A stretch of 62,562 nucleotides of DNA, filler included, from Sandaracinaceae bacterium (GTDB lineage: Bacteria; Myxococcota_A; Polyangia; Polyangiales; JADJQN01), in the NCBI GenBank assembly GCA_947483975.1. It is 10 parts of 10 records of this genome, joined end to end, with 100 filler letters (N's around TTAATTAATTAA, not from the genome) between each part and the next. Parts side by side here need not be neighbours in the genome. Positions count along the whole stretch, not along the records: positions 37,766 to 43,910 come from CANKOL010000311.1; positions 44,011 to 50,147 come from CANKOL010000312.1; 8 more parts are not named here. One strand, given 5' to 3'. The translations under genes and the position numbers were made by a program. Shown here piece after piece: positions 39,863 through 50,247 of this stretch. The notes under the pieces were generated by a model, which ran no database searches, was not told the DNA's origin, and was given only the letters and a program-made list of their open reading frames with translations. The number at the start of each line of letters is the position of its first letter. Within the stretch, counting starts at the first letter, position 1.

Positions 39863-40882
39863 ATGTCGCCCAAGAAGCTCACGCTCCTGCTCGCAGTCGT
39901 CAGCACCGTGGTGTGCGCGCTCGGTCTCTTCGCCTCCGAGCAAGGCGTGGGCGCGCAAGAGCGCATCCAGATGAAGATCGCCACGGTCGCGCCCGAGGGC
40001 ACGCCCTGGGAGAAGCAGCTCAAGCAGTTCAAGCGCTACGTCGAAGAGGGCTCGCAGAACCGCATCCAGGTGAAGATGTTCATGGGCGGCTCGCTCGGCG
40101 GCGAGAAGGCCCTCGTGCGCCGCGCGTCCCAGGGCACCATCCAGGTCTTCGCGGGCTCTGCGGCGGCCGTCGGCTCCCTCGTCCCCGAGTTCGACGTCAT
40201 CGAGTCGCCGTACCTCTTCGACAACGCGGAGCAGGCGGACCACGCGCTCGACGCGCAGGGCACGCGCGACCAGGTGAGCGCGCTCTTGACGAAGCGCGGC
40301 TTCAGCTTCGGCTTCTGGGCAGAGAACGGCTTCCGCAGCTGGTACACGAAGGAGAAGCAGATCCGCACGCCGGCTGACCTGCACGGGCTGCGGATGCGCT
40401 CGCAGGAGTCCCCGGTGCACCTCGAGACGTACCGCGCGTTCGGGGCGAGCCCGGTGCCGATCGACGTGACGAACGTGCTGACGAGCCTGCAGACGGGCGT
40501 CGTCGACGGCTTCGACAACACGCCGCTCTTCACCTTCGCGACGAGCTGGTATCAAGGCGCGCACCAGCTGACCTTGAGCGAGCACTGCTACCAGCCCGGC
40601 GTCGTCGTGTACTCGAAGACCTGGTTCGACGGGCTCGCGCCAGACCTCCAGCAGTTGCTGAAGAACATCCCGGCGTCGCTCGTCACCGACGGTCGAGCCT
40701 CGGTGCGCCGCATGGACCCGATCCTGCTGCAGAACCTCACGCGCTTCGGCATCACGATCTACCACCCGACCCCGGCCGAGCGCGCGCAGTTCGCGACCAT
40801 CGGGCGGCCGGTCGGCGACCGCATCGCGACGAAGGTCGGCCCGGCGGCGCGCAACCTGCTCCGAGCGCTGCGGGCTCGCTGA
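39863..40882 (+). CDS. dctP: TRAP substrate-binding protein DctP
   Basis: KIATVAPEGTPW, ENGFR, DLHGLRMR, LQTGVVDGFDN. Confidence 0.9.
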   Translation: MSPKKLTLLLAVVSTVVCALGLFASEQGVGAQERIQMKIATVAPEGTPWEKQLKQFKRYVEEGSQNRIQVKMFMGGSLGGEKALVRRASQGTIQVFAGSAAAVGSLVPEFDVIESPYLFDNAEQADHALDAQGTRDQVSALLTKRGFSFGFWAENGFRSWYTKEKQIRTPADLHGLRMRSQESPVHLETYRAFGASPVPIDVTNVLTSLQTGVVDGFDNTPLFTFATSWYQGAHQLTLSEHCYQPGVVVYSKTWFDGLAPDLQQLLKNIPASLVTDGRASVRRMDPILLQNLTRFGITIYHPTPAERAQFATIGRPVGDRIATKVGPAARNLLRALRAR

Positions 40883-40942
40883 GCTCGCGCGGAGCGCGTC
40901 GGCTCGAGCAGGCGCACGTGCGGAGGTGCGCGCCCGCGTAGC

Positions 40943-42247
40943 TCAAGGACCGCAGGCGGTCGCAGCCCACGGGAAGCCGCGGTCGTTCGCGAGGGCCTCG
41001 ACGTCGGCCGCCGGGACGCCGACGTCGCACACGAGCGCGTAGAGCAGGTCCGAGGCGTCGATGCCGGCGGCGCCTTGGTCGGGGTGCGGCCACGTACCGA
41101 AGTAGTCGACGAGCAGCGCGAGCATCCCGTCGACGCCGAGCGTGACCCGGTCGAAGGGCTCCGCGGGGTTCACGCCGTCGAAGGCGTCCCACAGCAGGGC
41201 GGCCACGAGCTCCTCGCGCACCAGCCCGTCCGGCGCGCCGGTGCTCGTGCCGCGGAAGTCCGGGCGCGATACGCCGTCGAGCGTGACGTCCTCGAACTCC
41301 ATGATGCGATTCGACCCGGCGTACGTGTCGACGACGAGCGGGTGCCCCTGCACGAGACAGGCGAAGAAGTAGCCGAGCCCCTCACCGTACGCGAGCTCGG
41401 GCTCGACGAGGCGGTCGCGGTGGGTGCCGCCGGGCGAGGTGTCGCGGCTGTAGTGGTCCGCGAAGTAGTGGCCGAGCTCGTGGAGGATGATCCCGTCGTC
41501 GTACTCGTCGGTGTCCTCGACCTGACCGCCGAGGGAGATCACGTCGCTCGAGTAGCAAGAGCCGCACGTCCACGGGAGGCCCGCCTGCCACTCGACCGTC
41601 ACCCGCGGCGCGGGCGTGCCCACAGACGCGGCGTAAACGAGGAACGCGGAGTAGAGGACGTCCGCGATGTTGAACGCGCCGCCGAGGCCGCTGTCGGCTT
41701 GGGCGAGCAGCGCGACGTCGAGCCCGGCGCTCACGTCGAACGGCGCCGACGCCAGGGCGTAGACGCTGCCCCGTCCGTGTCGATCGAGGACCCGCCCGCT
41801 GTGCCCCGCGTAGGCGACCTCGGCGCGCGCGCGCACCGTCACGAGCGTCCCGGCGGGCACGGTGTACGGGAGCCCGAACCGACCCGCGTCGTCGGTGTCG
41901 CTCGACGCGAGCACGGTGCCTGCGCCGTCGAGCAGATCGACCGCGACCGCCCGCGCGGGCCGGAGGTCGAGCGCCCCTGTGAAGCCGCCCTCGTCGAACG
42001 CCCGGTCTTCGTATTGGACGAGCCCGCGCACCGAGCGTCCCGCGCCCGCATCGAGCGGCGCGCCGGCGTCGTCGGAGCCGGCATCGCTCGAGTCGGCATC
42101 CGGCGGCGCGGCGTCGAGCGATCGCGCGTCGGGAGGCCCTGCGTCAGCCAGCGCGGCGTCCCCACCACCGTCGGCGGGGCTCGACTGCACCCTCGCGCAG
42201 CAGGCCAAGGAGGCCAGCAGCACGACGGCCACCAAGCCGCGGATCAT
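40943..42247 (-). CDS. secreted or lipoprotein zinc metallopeptidase-like protein
   Basis: Signal peptide ending LACC, DAG linker, DEYDDGIILHELGH, AYGEG. Confidence 0.75.
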   Translation of the reverse strand: MIRGLVAVVLLASLACCARVQSSPADGGGDAALADAGPPDARSLDAAPPDADSSDAGSDDAGAPLDAGAGRSVRGLVQYEDRAFDEGGFTGALDLRPARAVAVDLLDGAGTVLASSDTDDAGRFGLPYTVPAGTLVTVRARAEVAYAGHSGRVLDRHGRGSVYALASAPFDVSAGLDVALLAQADSGLGGAFNIADVLYSAFLVYAASVGTPAPRVTVEWQAGLPWTCGSCYSSDVISLGGQVEDTDEYDDGIILHELGHYFADHYSRDTSPGGTHRDRLVEPELAYGEGLGYFFACLVQGHPLVVDTYAGSNRIMEFEDVTLDGVSRPDFRGTSTGAPDGLVREELVAALLWDAFDGVNPAEPFDRVTLGVDGMLALLVDYFGTWPHPDQGAAGIDASDLLYALVCDVGVPAADVEALANDRGFPWAATACGP

Positions 42248-42386
42248 GGGTCGCGAGGGGCTCGGCACGTGGGCGTTCGACGTCCCCACCTTTAGCGCAT
42301 CCGCGCGCGGATGGCCCGGCGCGCGCCGCGTCGACATCCGGCGACGACCGCTGCCGTCGCCGAACCACGCCCCGCGCGCGAGATTC

Positions 42387-43910
42387 TCAGCCCTCCGGCG
42401 TGTTGCCGTGGATGATCACTCGGGTCCCCGGCGTCTCTGCCGAGGGATAGGCGCCATGCCAAGTGAGCGGAACGAAAGGCAGCGTCCAGCCGAAGACCCA
42501 CTTGGCGTCGAGCGGCGCGAGGTTGACGCAGCCGTGGCTCTTCGTGCGGCCGAAGCGGTTGTGCCAGAACGCCGAGTGCAGCGCGTAGGCGAGCTGGAAA
42601 TACATGACGTAGGGCACGTCCTCGATGGAGTACGGGCCGTCGACGGCGCTGTCGCCGTCCATCGTCGTCGCGACGTGCTTGCTCGTGATGCGGTAGTCGC
42701 CGGGCGGCGTGCGCCGGTCGAGCTCTGGGTCGTTGACGATCGCGATGCGACCCGTCGAGACGAGCGTGAAGTAGACCGGGCGGGCGCCCTCATAGGCGAC
42801 CAGCGTCTGCTGCGCGAGGTCGACGTCTATCCACTTCTCGTCGGGCGCGAGACCCGCGGGAAGCTCGGTGACGGCCGTCACGTAGCGGACATCGCGCCGC
42901 TCGATGTAGCGGCCTCCCTCGATCGCGATGTACTCCTTGTCGTGGACCTGCTCGACGCCCGTCGCGCGGAAGAAATCGTGAAAATCGGCGCGACCGGCGC
43001 GGTGCATACGCCCGTCGTCGGTCTTGCGATAGGTGGCCGCGCCATCGACGACGACGTACGCGGCGGGCAGCGTCGTCGTCGTTCCATCGAGCACCTGACC
43101 GCGAAACGACGGCCAGTGAATCGTCGCGAGCCGGTCGTACGGCACATAGCCGTTCGAGAGCGTGCGCCAGTACCTGCGCTGCCGGACGCGCACGTCGCGG
43201 TCGAGGCTGAGGTAGAAGCCCTTGACGAGGCGGCGCAGGAGCGCGCTGTCCTCTTCGCCGCGCAGCGAGGCGAGCGTCGGCGGACCTCCCGCGTCGGGGG
43301 CCTCGGTGGGGGCGTTGACCGCCGCGAGGTCCTCCAGCGCCCGCGCGTTGGTCCCGGCGGGCGCTCCTCCACCTTCAGGCGGAGGCGGCGAGGGATCGGG
43401 GATCGCGACGGCGGCGCCGGTCTCCCCCGCGGCGACGTTGTCACCGGGACCGACGGCCTCGACCGGCGCGCCGCCATCCGGCGGCTCTGCGCCCGGGATG
43501 CGGTAGCCCTCGAACTCGGCGGCCTCCTCGTCGGTCGGCAGGCGCCTGTACATCGCGGTGTTGTTGCGGCGGTTGATGCCGAACTCGTAGGGCAGCACCG
43601 CTTCACGGTCGGCGGGCGCCGGAGGGCGCTCCGGCGGGCGACGCCCCGTGAACGCCATCACGTCGCGCACATTGCAGACGTAGCCGCCGCCCTCGATCTG
43701 CCAGAAGCCCGCGAGGCACCCCGGCTTGCCGCGCTCGAGCGGCACGCTGTTCGTCGCCTGCACGATCGCGCCGCCGCGCAGATAGCCCTCGCGGAACGAG
43801 TCGTTGTCAGGCGCGCGGCGCACGTTGACGACGAAGCGCTTCGCGTAGAGGCGCGGCGGCGGCCCGGCGTCGACGTCCTCTGCGGCGGCCGCCGGCCCCG
43901 CGTCGCCGAC
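42387..43910 (-). CDS. L,D-transpeptidase (YkuD) (5' truncated)
   Basis: WIDVDLAQQTLVAYEG, LVSTG, TPPG, ALHSAFWH, SHGCVNL. Confidence 0.92.
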   Translation of the reverse strand, partial: VGDAGPAAAAEDVDAGPPPRLYAKRFVVNVRRAPDNDSFREGYLRGGAIVQATNSVPLERGKPGCLAGFWQIEGGGYVCNVRDVMAFTGRRPPERPPAPADREAVLPYEFGINRRNNTAMYRRLPTDEEAAEFEGYRIPGAEPPDGGAPVEAVGPGDNVAAGETGAAVAIPDPSPPPPEGGGAPAGTNARALEDLAAVNAPTEAPDAGGPPTLASLRGEEDSALLRRLVKGFYLSLDRDVRVRQRRYWRTLSNGYVPYDRLATIHWPSFRGQVLDGTTTTLPAAYVVVDGAATYRKTDDGRMHRAGRADFHDFFRATGVEQVHDKEYIAIEGGRYIERRDVRYVTAVTELPAGLAPDEKWIDVDLAQQTLVAYEGARPVYFTLVSTGRIAIVNDPELDRRTPPGDYRITSKHVATTMDGDSAVDGPYSIEDVPYVMYFQLAYALHSAFWHNRFGRTKSHGCVNLAPLDAKWVFGWTLPFVPLTWHGAYPSAETPGTRVIIHGNTPEG

Positions 43911-44010
43911 NNNNNNNNNNNNNNNNNNNNNNNNNNNNNNNNNNNNNNNNNNNNTTAATTAATTAANNNNNNNNNNNNNNNNNNNNNNNNNNNNNNNNNN
44001 NNNNNNNNNN
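43911..44010. other. artificial contig linker
   Basis: N-run plus TTAATTAATTAA. Confidence 0.98.
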
Positions 44011-44497
44011 AGCCGCGCGCGGCGTCGCGCGCCGAGCGGGCGCTCGTCTCGATTCGGTTGAACGCGTCGTCGATGCGGTCTCGCTGGCGCTCGCCGCGCC
44101 CAAGCTCCGCCCAGCCGGCGATCGCCGAGAGCGCGTTGCCCACCTCGTGCGCGACCTCCGCGGCCGCGTCCACGAGGGCGGCGCGCCGCTCGACCTCGGC
44201 CGACGTCGCGAGGATGACCACACAGACGCCGCCCTGTGCGCGGGGCAGCGCCACGACGCGCGCCGCGTCGAGCGAAGCGCTCGCGGCTCGTCCGTCCCGC
44301 GCTGAGGCGAGCGCGCGTACGAGTCGCTCGTCGTCGTCGCGGCAGCCGACCAGCCGGGCCACCGTGGTCGTGAGATCAGTCGACGGGGCCGCTCCGACGA
44401 GCGCTCGCGCGGCGTCGTTCGCGAGGAGCTTGCCGTCGACTTCTTGTTCGAGGAGCGGAAGACCGAGCAGGGCAGCGGCTTGGAGGAGAGCGTTCAT
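44011..44497 (-). CDS. sensor histidine kinase, N-terminal part (3' truncated)
   Basis: PAS-like ANDAARAL; H-box AHEVGNALSAIAGWAEL. Confidence 0.8.
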
Positions 44498-44689
44498 GGC
44501 TGATGAGAGCGTTCTTTTCCGACTCTAGCGGCCGCGTGGGGAGCCTGTCAAAGCGGCGCTCGCACTGCCGCGTGACGCTCCCGGCAGGGCTCGTGGTCGG
44601 TGCCTCGCGCTCGGCGCTGTTTGACCCTGCCGCGCTCGCACGTCTATTCTCGTCCCGTGGTGCCCCTCTGCGCGCCGACAGGAGAGCCG

Positions 44690-45577
44690 ATGCTTCGCTT
44701 TCGTCCAGCCGCGCTCTGCGGATGCCTTCTCGTTCTCTTCGTCACGCCGGCGTGCGCTTCCGGCGCAGGGGACCGCGACGGCGGGGGCCCTGGGACCGAC
44801 TTCGGCGTTCGGCTGGACCTCGGGGTGGGCGCGGACCTCGGGCCAGACCTCGGCCACGATGCCGGTCCGCCGACGTCCTGCGTTCCGGGCTGTGCTGGCG
44901 TCGAATCGTGCTGCGGGGGGATGTGCGTCGACCGCAGCACTGACCTGATGAACTGCGGCACCTGCGGGACGGTCTGCGGCGTCGATCAGGAGTGCGCGGC
45001 CGGCTCGTGCCGGACGGTCTCAGTCTGCGCGCCGACGTGCAATCCCGGCGAGATCTGCACCGCGACGCCGACGGGCAACGTCTGCAAGTGCGGCGCGGGC
45101 AGCGGCTGCTCGACGGGGCAGAGTTGCTGCACCGGCGCGTGCGCCAACCTCCTGACCAGCACTCGCAACTGCGGCGTCTGTGGCACCGCGTGCCCGGCCG
45201 GGCAGGAGTGCGCAGCGGGTGCCTGTCGAGCGCCCGTCACCTGCACGCCCGTCTGTACGGGCGGGCTGACGTGCGCGAGCGGCGCGTGCGTCTGCGGCAC
45301 GACCGGCGCGGCTTGCCCGTCCGGCTACAGCTGCACCGGCGGCACCTGCGTCGCGCCGACGTGCAGCCCGGCGTGCACCGGTGGCCTCACGTGTTCGGGC
45401 ACGACCTGCGTCTGCGGCACGACGGGCGCGGCTTGCCCGGCGGGGCAAGCGTGCACCGGCGGCACCTGCGTCGCGACCGGCCTCTGCAGCGGCGTGATGT
45501 GTATTCCGGGCGTCGAGACCTGCTGTGGAGGCTCGGTCTGCTGCCTCGTGTGTCTCCTCGGCTCCTGCGTGCTCTGA
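44690..45577 (+). CDS. myxobacterial Cys-rich lipoprotein (D/S-x-x-NCGxCGxxC repeats)
   Basis: Signal peptide with PAC lipobox, DLG linker, CVDRSTDLMNCGTCGTVC and CANLLTSTRNCGVCGTAC; 120-bp internal duplication at about 45239-45478. Confidence 0.85.
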   Translation: MLRFRPAALCGCLLVLFVTPACASGAGDRDGGGPGTDFGVRLDLGVGADLGPDLGHDAGPPTSCVPGCAGVESCCGGMCVDRSTDLMNCGTCGTVCGVDQECAAGSCRTVSVCAPTCNPGEICTATPTGNVCKCGAGSGCSTGQSCCTGACANLLTSTRNCGVCGTACPAGQECAAGACRAPVTCTPVCTGGLTCASGACVCGTTGAACPSGYSCTGGTCVAPTCSPACTGGLTCSGTTCVCGTTGAACPAGQACTGGTCVATGLCSGVMCIPGVETCCGGSVCCLVCLLGSCVL

Positions 45578-45616
45578 CGGCCGCGGGCGCGCGGTTCTGC
45601 TACCGTCCGCGCGCCC

Positions 45617-45937
45617 ATGAGCCACGATTCTTCGCCCTCAGAGAAGCTCACGCTCGAGCAGGTGCGGCACGTCGCGAAGCTCGCGCGGCTCGCGCTCTCG
45701 GAACCGGAACTCGAGACGATGCGCGAGCAGCTCTCGCGCATCCTCGGGCACGTCGCCTCGCTCGACGCGCTCGACGTCGCGGACGTGCCGCCGACCTCGC
45801 ACGCCGTGCCGATGCAGGCGCCGCTGCGCCCGGACGTCGTGCGCGATTCGCTGCCTCGGAGTGAGCTGCTCGCGTCGGCGCCCTCGACGGAAGCAGGCGC
45901 GTTCGCCGTGCCGCAGGTGATGGAGGGCGACTCGTGA
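45617..45937 (+). CDS. gatC: Asp/Glu-tRNA amidotransferase subunit C
   Basis: VRHVAKLARLAL, LRPD, FAVPQV. Confidence 0.95.
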   Translation: MSHDSSPSEKLTLEQVRHVAKLARLALSEPELETMREQLSRILGHVASLDALDVADVPPTSHAVPMQAPLRPDVVRDSLPRSELLASAPSTEAGAFAVPQVMEGDS

Positions 45938-47421
45938 GCGCGAAGGAGATCGTTGGGCTCGGCGTCGTCGAGTTGGCGGACAAGGTGCAGGCGGGGGAGC
46001 TGAGCGCGGTCACCGTCGCGCGCGCGTTCCTCGATCGCATCGCGCACCTCGATGGCGGCGTCGGCGCGTTCCTGCACGTGGACGGCGAGGGCGCGCTCGC
46101 GCAGGCGGCGGGGGTCGATCGCCTGTCGCCCGAAGAGCGCCGCGCGCTGCCGCTCGCGGGCGTGCCCATCGCGCTCAAGGACAACCTCTGCACGCGCGGC
46201 GTGCCGACGACCTGCGCCTCGAAGATCCTCGCGGGCTATGTGCCGCCGTACGACGCGCACGTCGTCGAGCGCCTACGGGCGGCGGGCGCGACGCTCCTCG
46301 GCAAGACGAACATGGACGAGTTCGCGATGGGCTCGTCCAACGAGAACAGCGCGTTCGGTCCGGTGCGCAACCCGTGGGATCGCACGCGCGCGCCGGGAGG
46401 CTCGTCGGGAGGCTCCGCGGCGGCAACGGCGGCGGCGTTCGCGGCGGCCGCGCTGGGCAGCGACACGGGCGGCTCGGTGCGGCAGCCGGGCGCGTTCTGC
46501 GGCGTCGCGGCCCTCAAGCCGACCTACGGGCGAGTGTCGCGCTACGGCCTGATCGCGTTCGCGTCGTCGCTCGATCAGATTGGCCCGTTTGCGCGCACGA
46601 CGCGCGACGCGGCGCGCGTGCTCGGCGTGATCGCGGGGCACGATGCGCGGGACGCGACGAGCGTCGAGCGCGCCGTGCCCGACTACGAGGCCGAGTGCGG
46701 CAAGCCGCTCAGCGGCTTGCGGATTGGCGTCGTGCGGGAGGCGCTCGGCGAGGGCGTCGAGCCTGCCGTGCGAGACGCGCTCCTCGCCGCGCTCGACGTC
46801 TACCGCGACCTCGGCTGTACGGTCGTCGACGTCGCGCTGCCGCACGCGGAGCACGCCGTCGCGACGTACTACCTGATCGCGCCGGCCGAGTGCTCCTCGA
46901 ACCTCGCGCGCTTCGACGGAATGCGCTTCGGGCTGCGCTCCCCCGGCGCGGACCTCGCAGAGACCTACGCGCGCACGCGCGCCGACGGCTTCGGCCCCGA
47001 GGTGAAGCGCCGCATCATGCTCGGCACCTACGCGCTCTCGGCGGGCTACTACGACGCCTTCTACGTCAAGGCGCAGAAGGCGCGCACGCTGATCGCGCGC
47101 GACTACGCGACCGCGTTCGAGACGTGCGACGCGGTGCTCACGCCGACCTCGCCGACCGTCGCGTTCGCGCTCGGCGAGAAGACGAGCGACCCGCTCGCGA
47201 TGTACCTCGCGGATGTCTTCACGCTGCCGCCGAGCCTCGCGGGGCTGCCCGCGTCGAACGTCGCGTGCGGCTTCTCGCCGGAGGGCTTGCCGATCGGGCT
47301 GCAGCTGGTGACGCGGGCGTTCGACGAGCCGACGCTCGTGCGCCTCGCGGACGGCTATGAGCGGGCGAGCGGCTTCGCGGGGCGGCGTCCCGTAGACCCA
47401 CCGAAGGTAAGAAAAGGCTGA
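45934..47421 (+). CDS. gatA: amidotransferase subunit A
   Basis: KDN, GKTNMDEFAMGSS, GGSSGGS, GSDTGGSVRQP, EVKRRIMLG. Confidence 0.97.
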   Translation: MSAKEIVGLGVVELADKVQAGELSAVTVARAFLDRIAHLDGGVGAFLHVDGEGALAQAAGVDRLSPEERRALPLAGVPIALKDNLCTRGVPTTCASKILAGYVPPYDAHVVERLRAAGATLLGKTNMDEFAMGSSNENSAFGPVRNPWDRTRAPGGSSGGSAAATAAAFAAAALGSDTGGSVRQPGAFCGVAALKPTYGRVSRYGLIAFASSLDQIGPFARTTRDAARVLGVIAGHDARDATSVERAVPDYEAECGKPLSGLRIGVVREALGEGVEPAVRDALLAALDVYRDLGCTVVDVALPHAEHAVATYYLIAPAECSSNLARFDGMRFGLRSPGADLAETYARTRADGFGPEVKRRIMLGTYALSAGYYDAFYVKAQKARTLIARDYATAFETCDAVLTPTSPTVAFALGEKTSDPLAMYLADVFTLPPSLAGLPASNVACGFSPEGLPIGLQLVTRAFDEPTLVRLADGYERASGFAGRRPVDPPKVRKG

Positions 47422-47429
47422 GGCGCGTG

Positions 47430-48902
47430 ATGGCGACTGTCTACGAGCCTGTGATCGGACTCGAGGTTCACGGGCAACTCCTGATCAAGACGAAGATGTT
47501 CTGCGGCTGTTCTGCGTCGTACGGCGCGCCGCCGAACACCCACGTCTGCCCCGTCTGCCTGGGGCTGCCGGGCGCGCTGCCGGTGCCGAACGCCGCCGCC
47601 ATCGAGTGCGCGGTGCGGGCCGGCCTCGCGCTTGGCTGCACGGTGCGTGAGCGCAGCGTGTTCGCGCGCAAGAACTACTTCTATCCCGATCTCGCCAAGG
47701 GCTATCAGATCTCGCAATTCGATCTGCCCATCGACGAGCACGGCTCTCTCGACATCGAGCTCGAGGATGGCACTCGCAAGACCATCGGAATCACGCGCAT
47801 TCACCTCGAAGAGGACGCCGCGAAGAACCTGCACGGCGTCGGCAGTGGGACGGATACGCTCGTCGACTACAACCGCGCCGGCGTCGCGCTGATCGAGATC
47901 GTCGGTGAGCCTGAATTGCGCAGCGCGGCGGAGGCAGAGGCGTATTTGCGCCGCCTGCGCGAGGTGCTGATGTTCCTCGGTGTCAACGACGGAAACCTCG
48001 AAGAGGGCTCGTTTCGCTGCGACGCGAACGTGTCGCTCCGCCCCGTCGGACAAGAGAAGTTCGGCACTCGCACGGAGCTGAAGAACATCAACTCGTTCCG
48101 CTTCGTGCGCAAAGCGATCGAGTACGAGCTGGGGCGCCAAGAGGCCATTCTCTCGTCGGGCGGGCGCATCGTGCAGGAGACGCGCACCTACTCGTCGGCG
48201 GAGGACAAGACCATCTCGCTGCGCAGCAAAGAGGACGCGCACGATTATCGCTACTTCCCCGACCCGGATCTGCCGCCGCTCGTCGTCAGCGCGGCGCAGA
48301 TCGCGGCGATTCGCGCGACCTTGCCGGAGCTGCCCGCTAGCAAGCGCGCGCGCTGGCAGAGCGAGCTCGGGCTGACGGCGGCGGACGCGCAGGTGCTGTC
48401 TGCGCATCCTGCGCTCGCGCGCTTCTTCGAGGCGACGGCGGCGCTCGTCGCGGGGGACGCGCCGACGGCGGAGCAGCGCGCGGCGGCGGGGAAGCGCTGC
48501 GCGAACTTCCTGCAAGCCGAGGTGCTTCGCTATGTCGCGTTTCACGGGCTCGAGGCGTCGCTGCCCGTCGAGGCGAGCGCCCTCGCGGAGCTGCTCGCGG
48601 TCGTCGAGGCGGGGACGATCAGCGGCAAGATGGCCAAGGACGTCTTCGCCGAGATGGTCGCGACGGGCAAGCGCGCACAGAAGATCGTCGCGCAGCGCGG
48701 GCTCTCGCAGGTGAGCGACACAGGCGTGCTCGAGGCGGCGGCGCGAGAGGTGCTCGCGCAGAACGCGGGGCAGGTCGAGCGCTACAGGGCGGGCAAGACG
48801 AACGTGCTCGGCTTCTTCGTCGGGCAGGTGATGAAGGCGACGAAGGGCGCGGCGAATCCCGCGCTCGTCAACGACGTGCTCAAACGCTTGCTGGAGACCT
48901 GA
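47430..48902 (+). CDS. gatB: amidotransferase subunit B
   Basis: [34 protein letters not shown]. Confidence 0.97.
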   Translation: MATVYEPVIGLEVHGQLLIKTKMFCGCSASYGAPPNTHVCPVCLGLPGALPVPNAAAIECAVRAGLALGCTVRERSVFARKNYFYPDLAKGYQISQFDLPIDEHGSLDIELEDGTRKTIGITRIHLEEDAAKNLHGVGSGTDTLVDYNRAGVALIEIVGEPELRSAAEAEAYLRRLREVLMFLGVNDGNLEEGSFRCDANVSLRPVGQEKFGTRTELKNINSFRFVRKAIEYELGRQEAILSSGGRIVQETRTYSSAEDKTISLRSKEDAHDYRYFPDPDLPPLVVSAAQIAAIRATLPELPASKRARWQSELGLTAADAQVLSAHPALARFFEATAALVAGDAPTAEQRAAAGKRCANFLQAEVLRYVAFHGLEASLPVEASALAELLAVVEAGTISGKMAKDVFAEMVATGKRAQKIVAQRGLSQVSDTGVLEAAAREVLAQNAGQVERYRAGKTNVLGFFVGQVMKATKGAANPALVNDVLKRLLET

Positions 48903-50002
48903 TGCGATTCGACTCCGACGCCGTGCGGCCGCCCATCTCTCGCGCGCCGCTCTCTGGCGCTGCGTACTCTGCCGTCGAGTACGACCCCGACGACGACACC
49001 GTCGTCATGCTCGATCAGCGGCTCTTGCCGACGCGCATCGAGTATCTGCGGTACACGAAGCCCGACGAGGTGGCCGAGGCGATTCGCACGATGGTGGTGC
49101 GCGGTGCGCCCGCGATCGGCATCGCGGCGGCGTATGGGATGGCGCAGCTCGCCGCGCAGGAGTCGGGCGATGCGGCGATGTTCCTCGTCGCCAACGGCGT
49201 CGCCGGGCGCGTGCTCTCGGAGGCTCGCCCGACGGCGGTGAACCTCGCGTGGGCCGTCGCGCGAATGGCCCGCTGCGCCGCGGGCGCGGCCAAGCTCTCG
49301 CCCGCCGAACGGCGCGCGACGATGCTCACGGAGGCCGAGGCGATTCACCGCGAGGACGTCGCCGCGTGTCGCGCGATGGGCGCGCTCGGCGCGCTCGAGG
49401 TGCCGGACGGCGCCACGATCCTGACGCACTGCAACGCAGGCGCGCTCGCGACGGGCGGGTATGGGACGGCGCTCGGCGTGATCCGCGCGGCGCGCGAGGC
49501 GGGCAAGCGAGTGCGCGTGCTCGCCGATGAGACGCGGCCCTATCTGCAGGGCGCGAGGCTGACCGCTTGGGAGCTCGCGGCGGACGGGATCGACGTCGAG
49601 GTGATCACCGACAGCATGGCGGCGCACTTCTTTCAGCGCGGCGCGATCCAGTTCGTCGTCGTCGGCTCGGACCGGATCGCGGCCAACGGCGACGTCGCGA
49701 ACAAGATCGGAACCTATGGAGTCGCGGTGCTCGCGCACGCCCACGGGGTGCCTTTCACGGTCGCGGCGCCTTGGAGCACCGTCGACCTGCGCACGCCGAC
49801 GGGCGCGGAGATCCCGATCGAAGAGCGCTCCCGCGACGAGGTCGCGCGCATCGGCAACACCGTGCTCGTGCCGGACGGGGTCGGCTGTCGGCACCCCGCG
49901 TTCGACGTCACGCCCGCGCGGCTCGTCGACGCGGTCTACACCGAGCGCGGCGTGTTCCGGCCGGCGCGGGGCGAGACTCCCTCCGCGCTCGCCCGGCGCT
50001 AG
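48902..50002 (+). CDS. mtnA: methylthioribose-1-phosphate isomerase
   Basis: [50 protein letters not shown]. Confidence 0.96.
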   Translation: MRFDSDAVRPPISRAPLSGAAYSAVEYDPDDDTVVMLDQRLLPTRIEYLRYTKPDEVAEAIRTMVVRGAPAIGIAAAYGMAQLAAQESGDAAMFLVANGVAGRVLSEARPTAVNLAWAVARMARCAAGAAKLSPAERRATMLTEAEAIHREDVAACRAMGALGALEVPDGATILTHCNAGALATGGYGTALGVIRAAREAGKRVRVLADETRPYLQGARLTAWELAADGIDVEVITDSMAAHFFQRGAIQFVVVGSDRIAANGDVANKIGTYGVAVLAHAHGVPFTVAAPWSTVDLRTPTGAEIPIEERSRDEVARIGNTVLVPDGVGCRHPAFDVTPARLVDAVYTERGVFRPARGETPSALARR

Positions 50003-50147
50003 GTGACCGTCGGGCAAAGCCCCTGCGGCCCACGGTGCGGCGCTACCGCGGCTCGTGCGCGGCGACGTGGCATCGAGCCCCTGAGCGATCTGGAGGCGGC
50101 GAAGAGCGCCGAGGTCGCTTCTTTGGGCTTCCGCGAGGCCGTACGCG

Positions 50148-50247
50148 NNNNNNNNNNNNNNNNNNNNNNNNNNNNNNNNNNNNNNNNNNNNTTAATTAAT
50201 TAANNNNNNNNNNNNNNNNNNNNNNNNNNNNNNNNNNNNNNNNNNNN
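50148..50247. other. artificial contig linker
   Basis: N-run plus TTAATTAATTAA. Confidence 0.98.

Noticed and set aside
50003..50147. ORF fragment after mtnA
   Set aside because: Too short and truncated to support a call.
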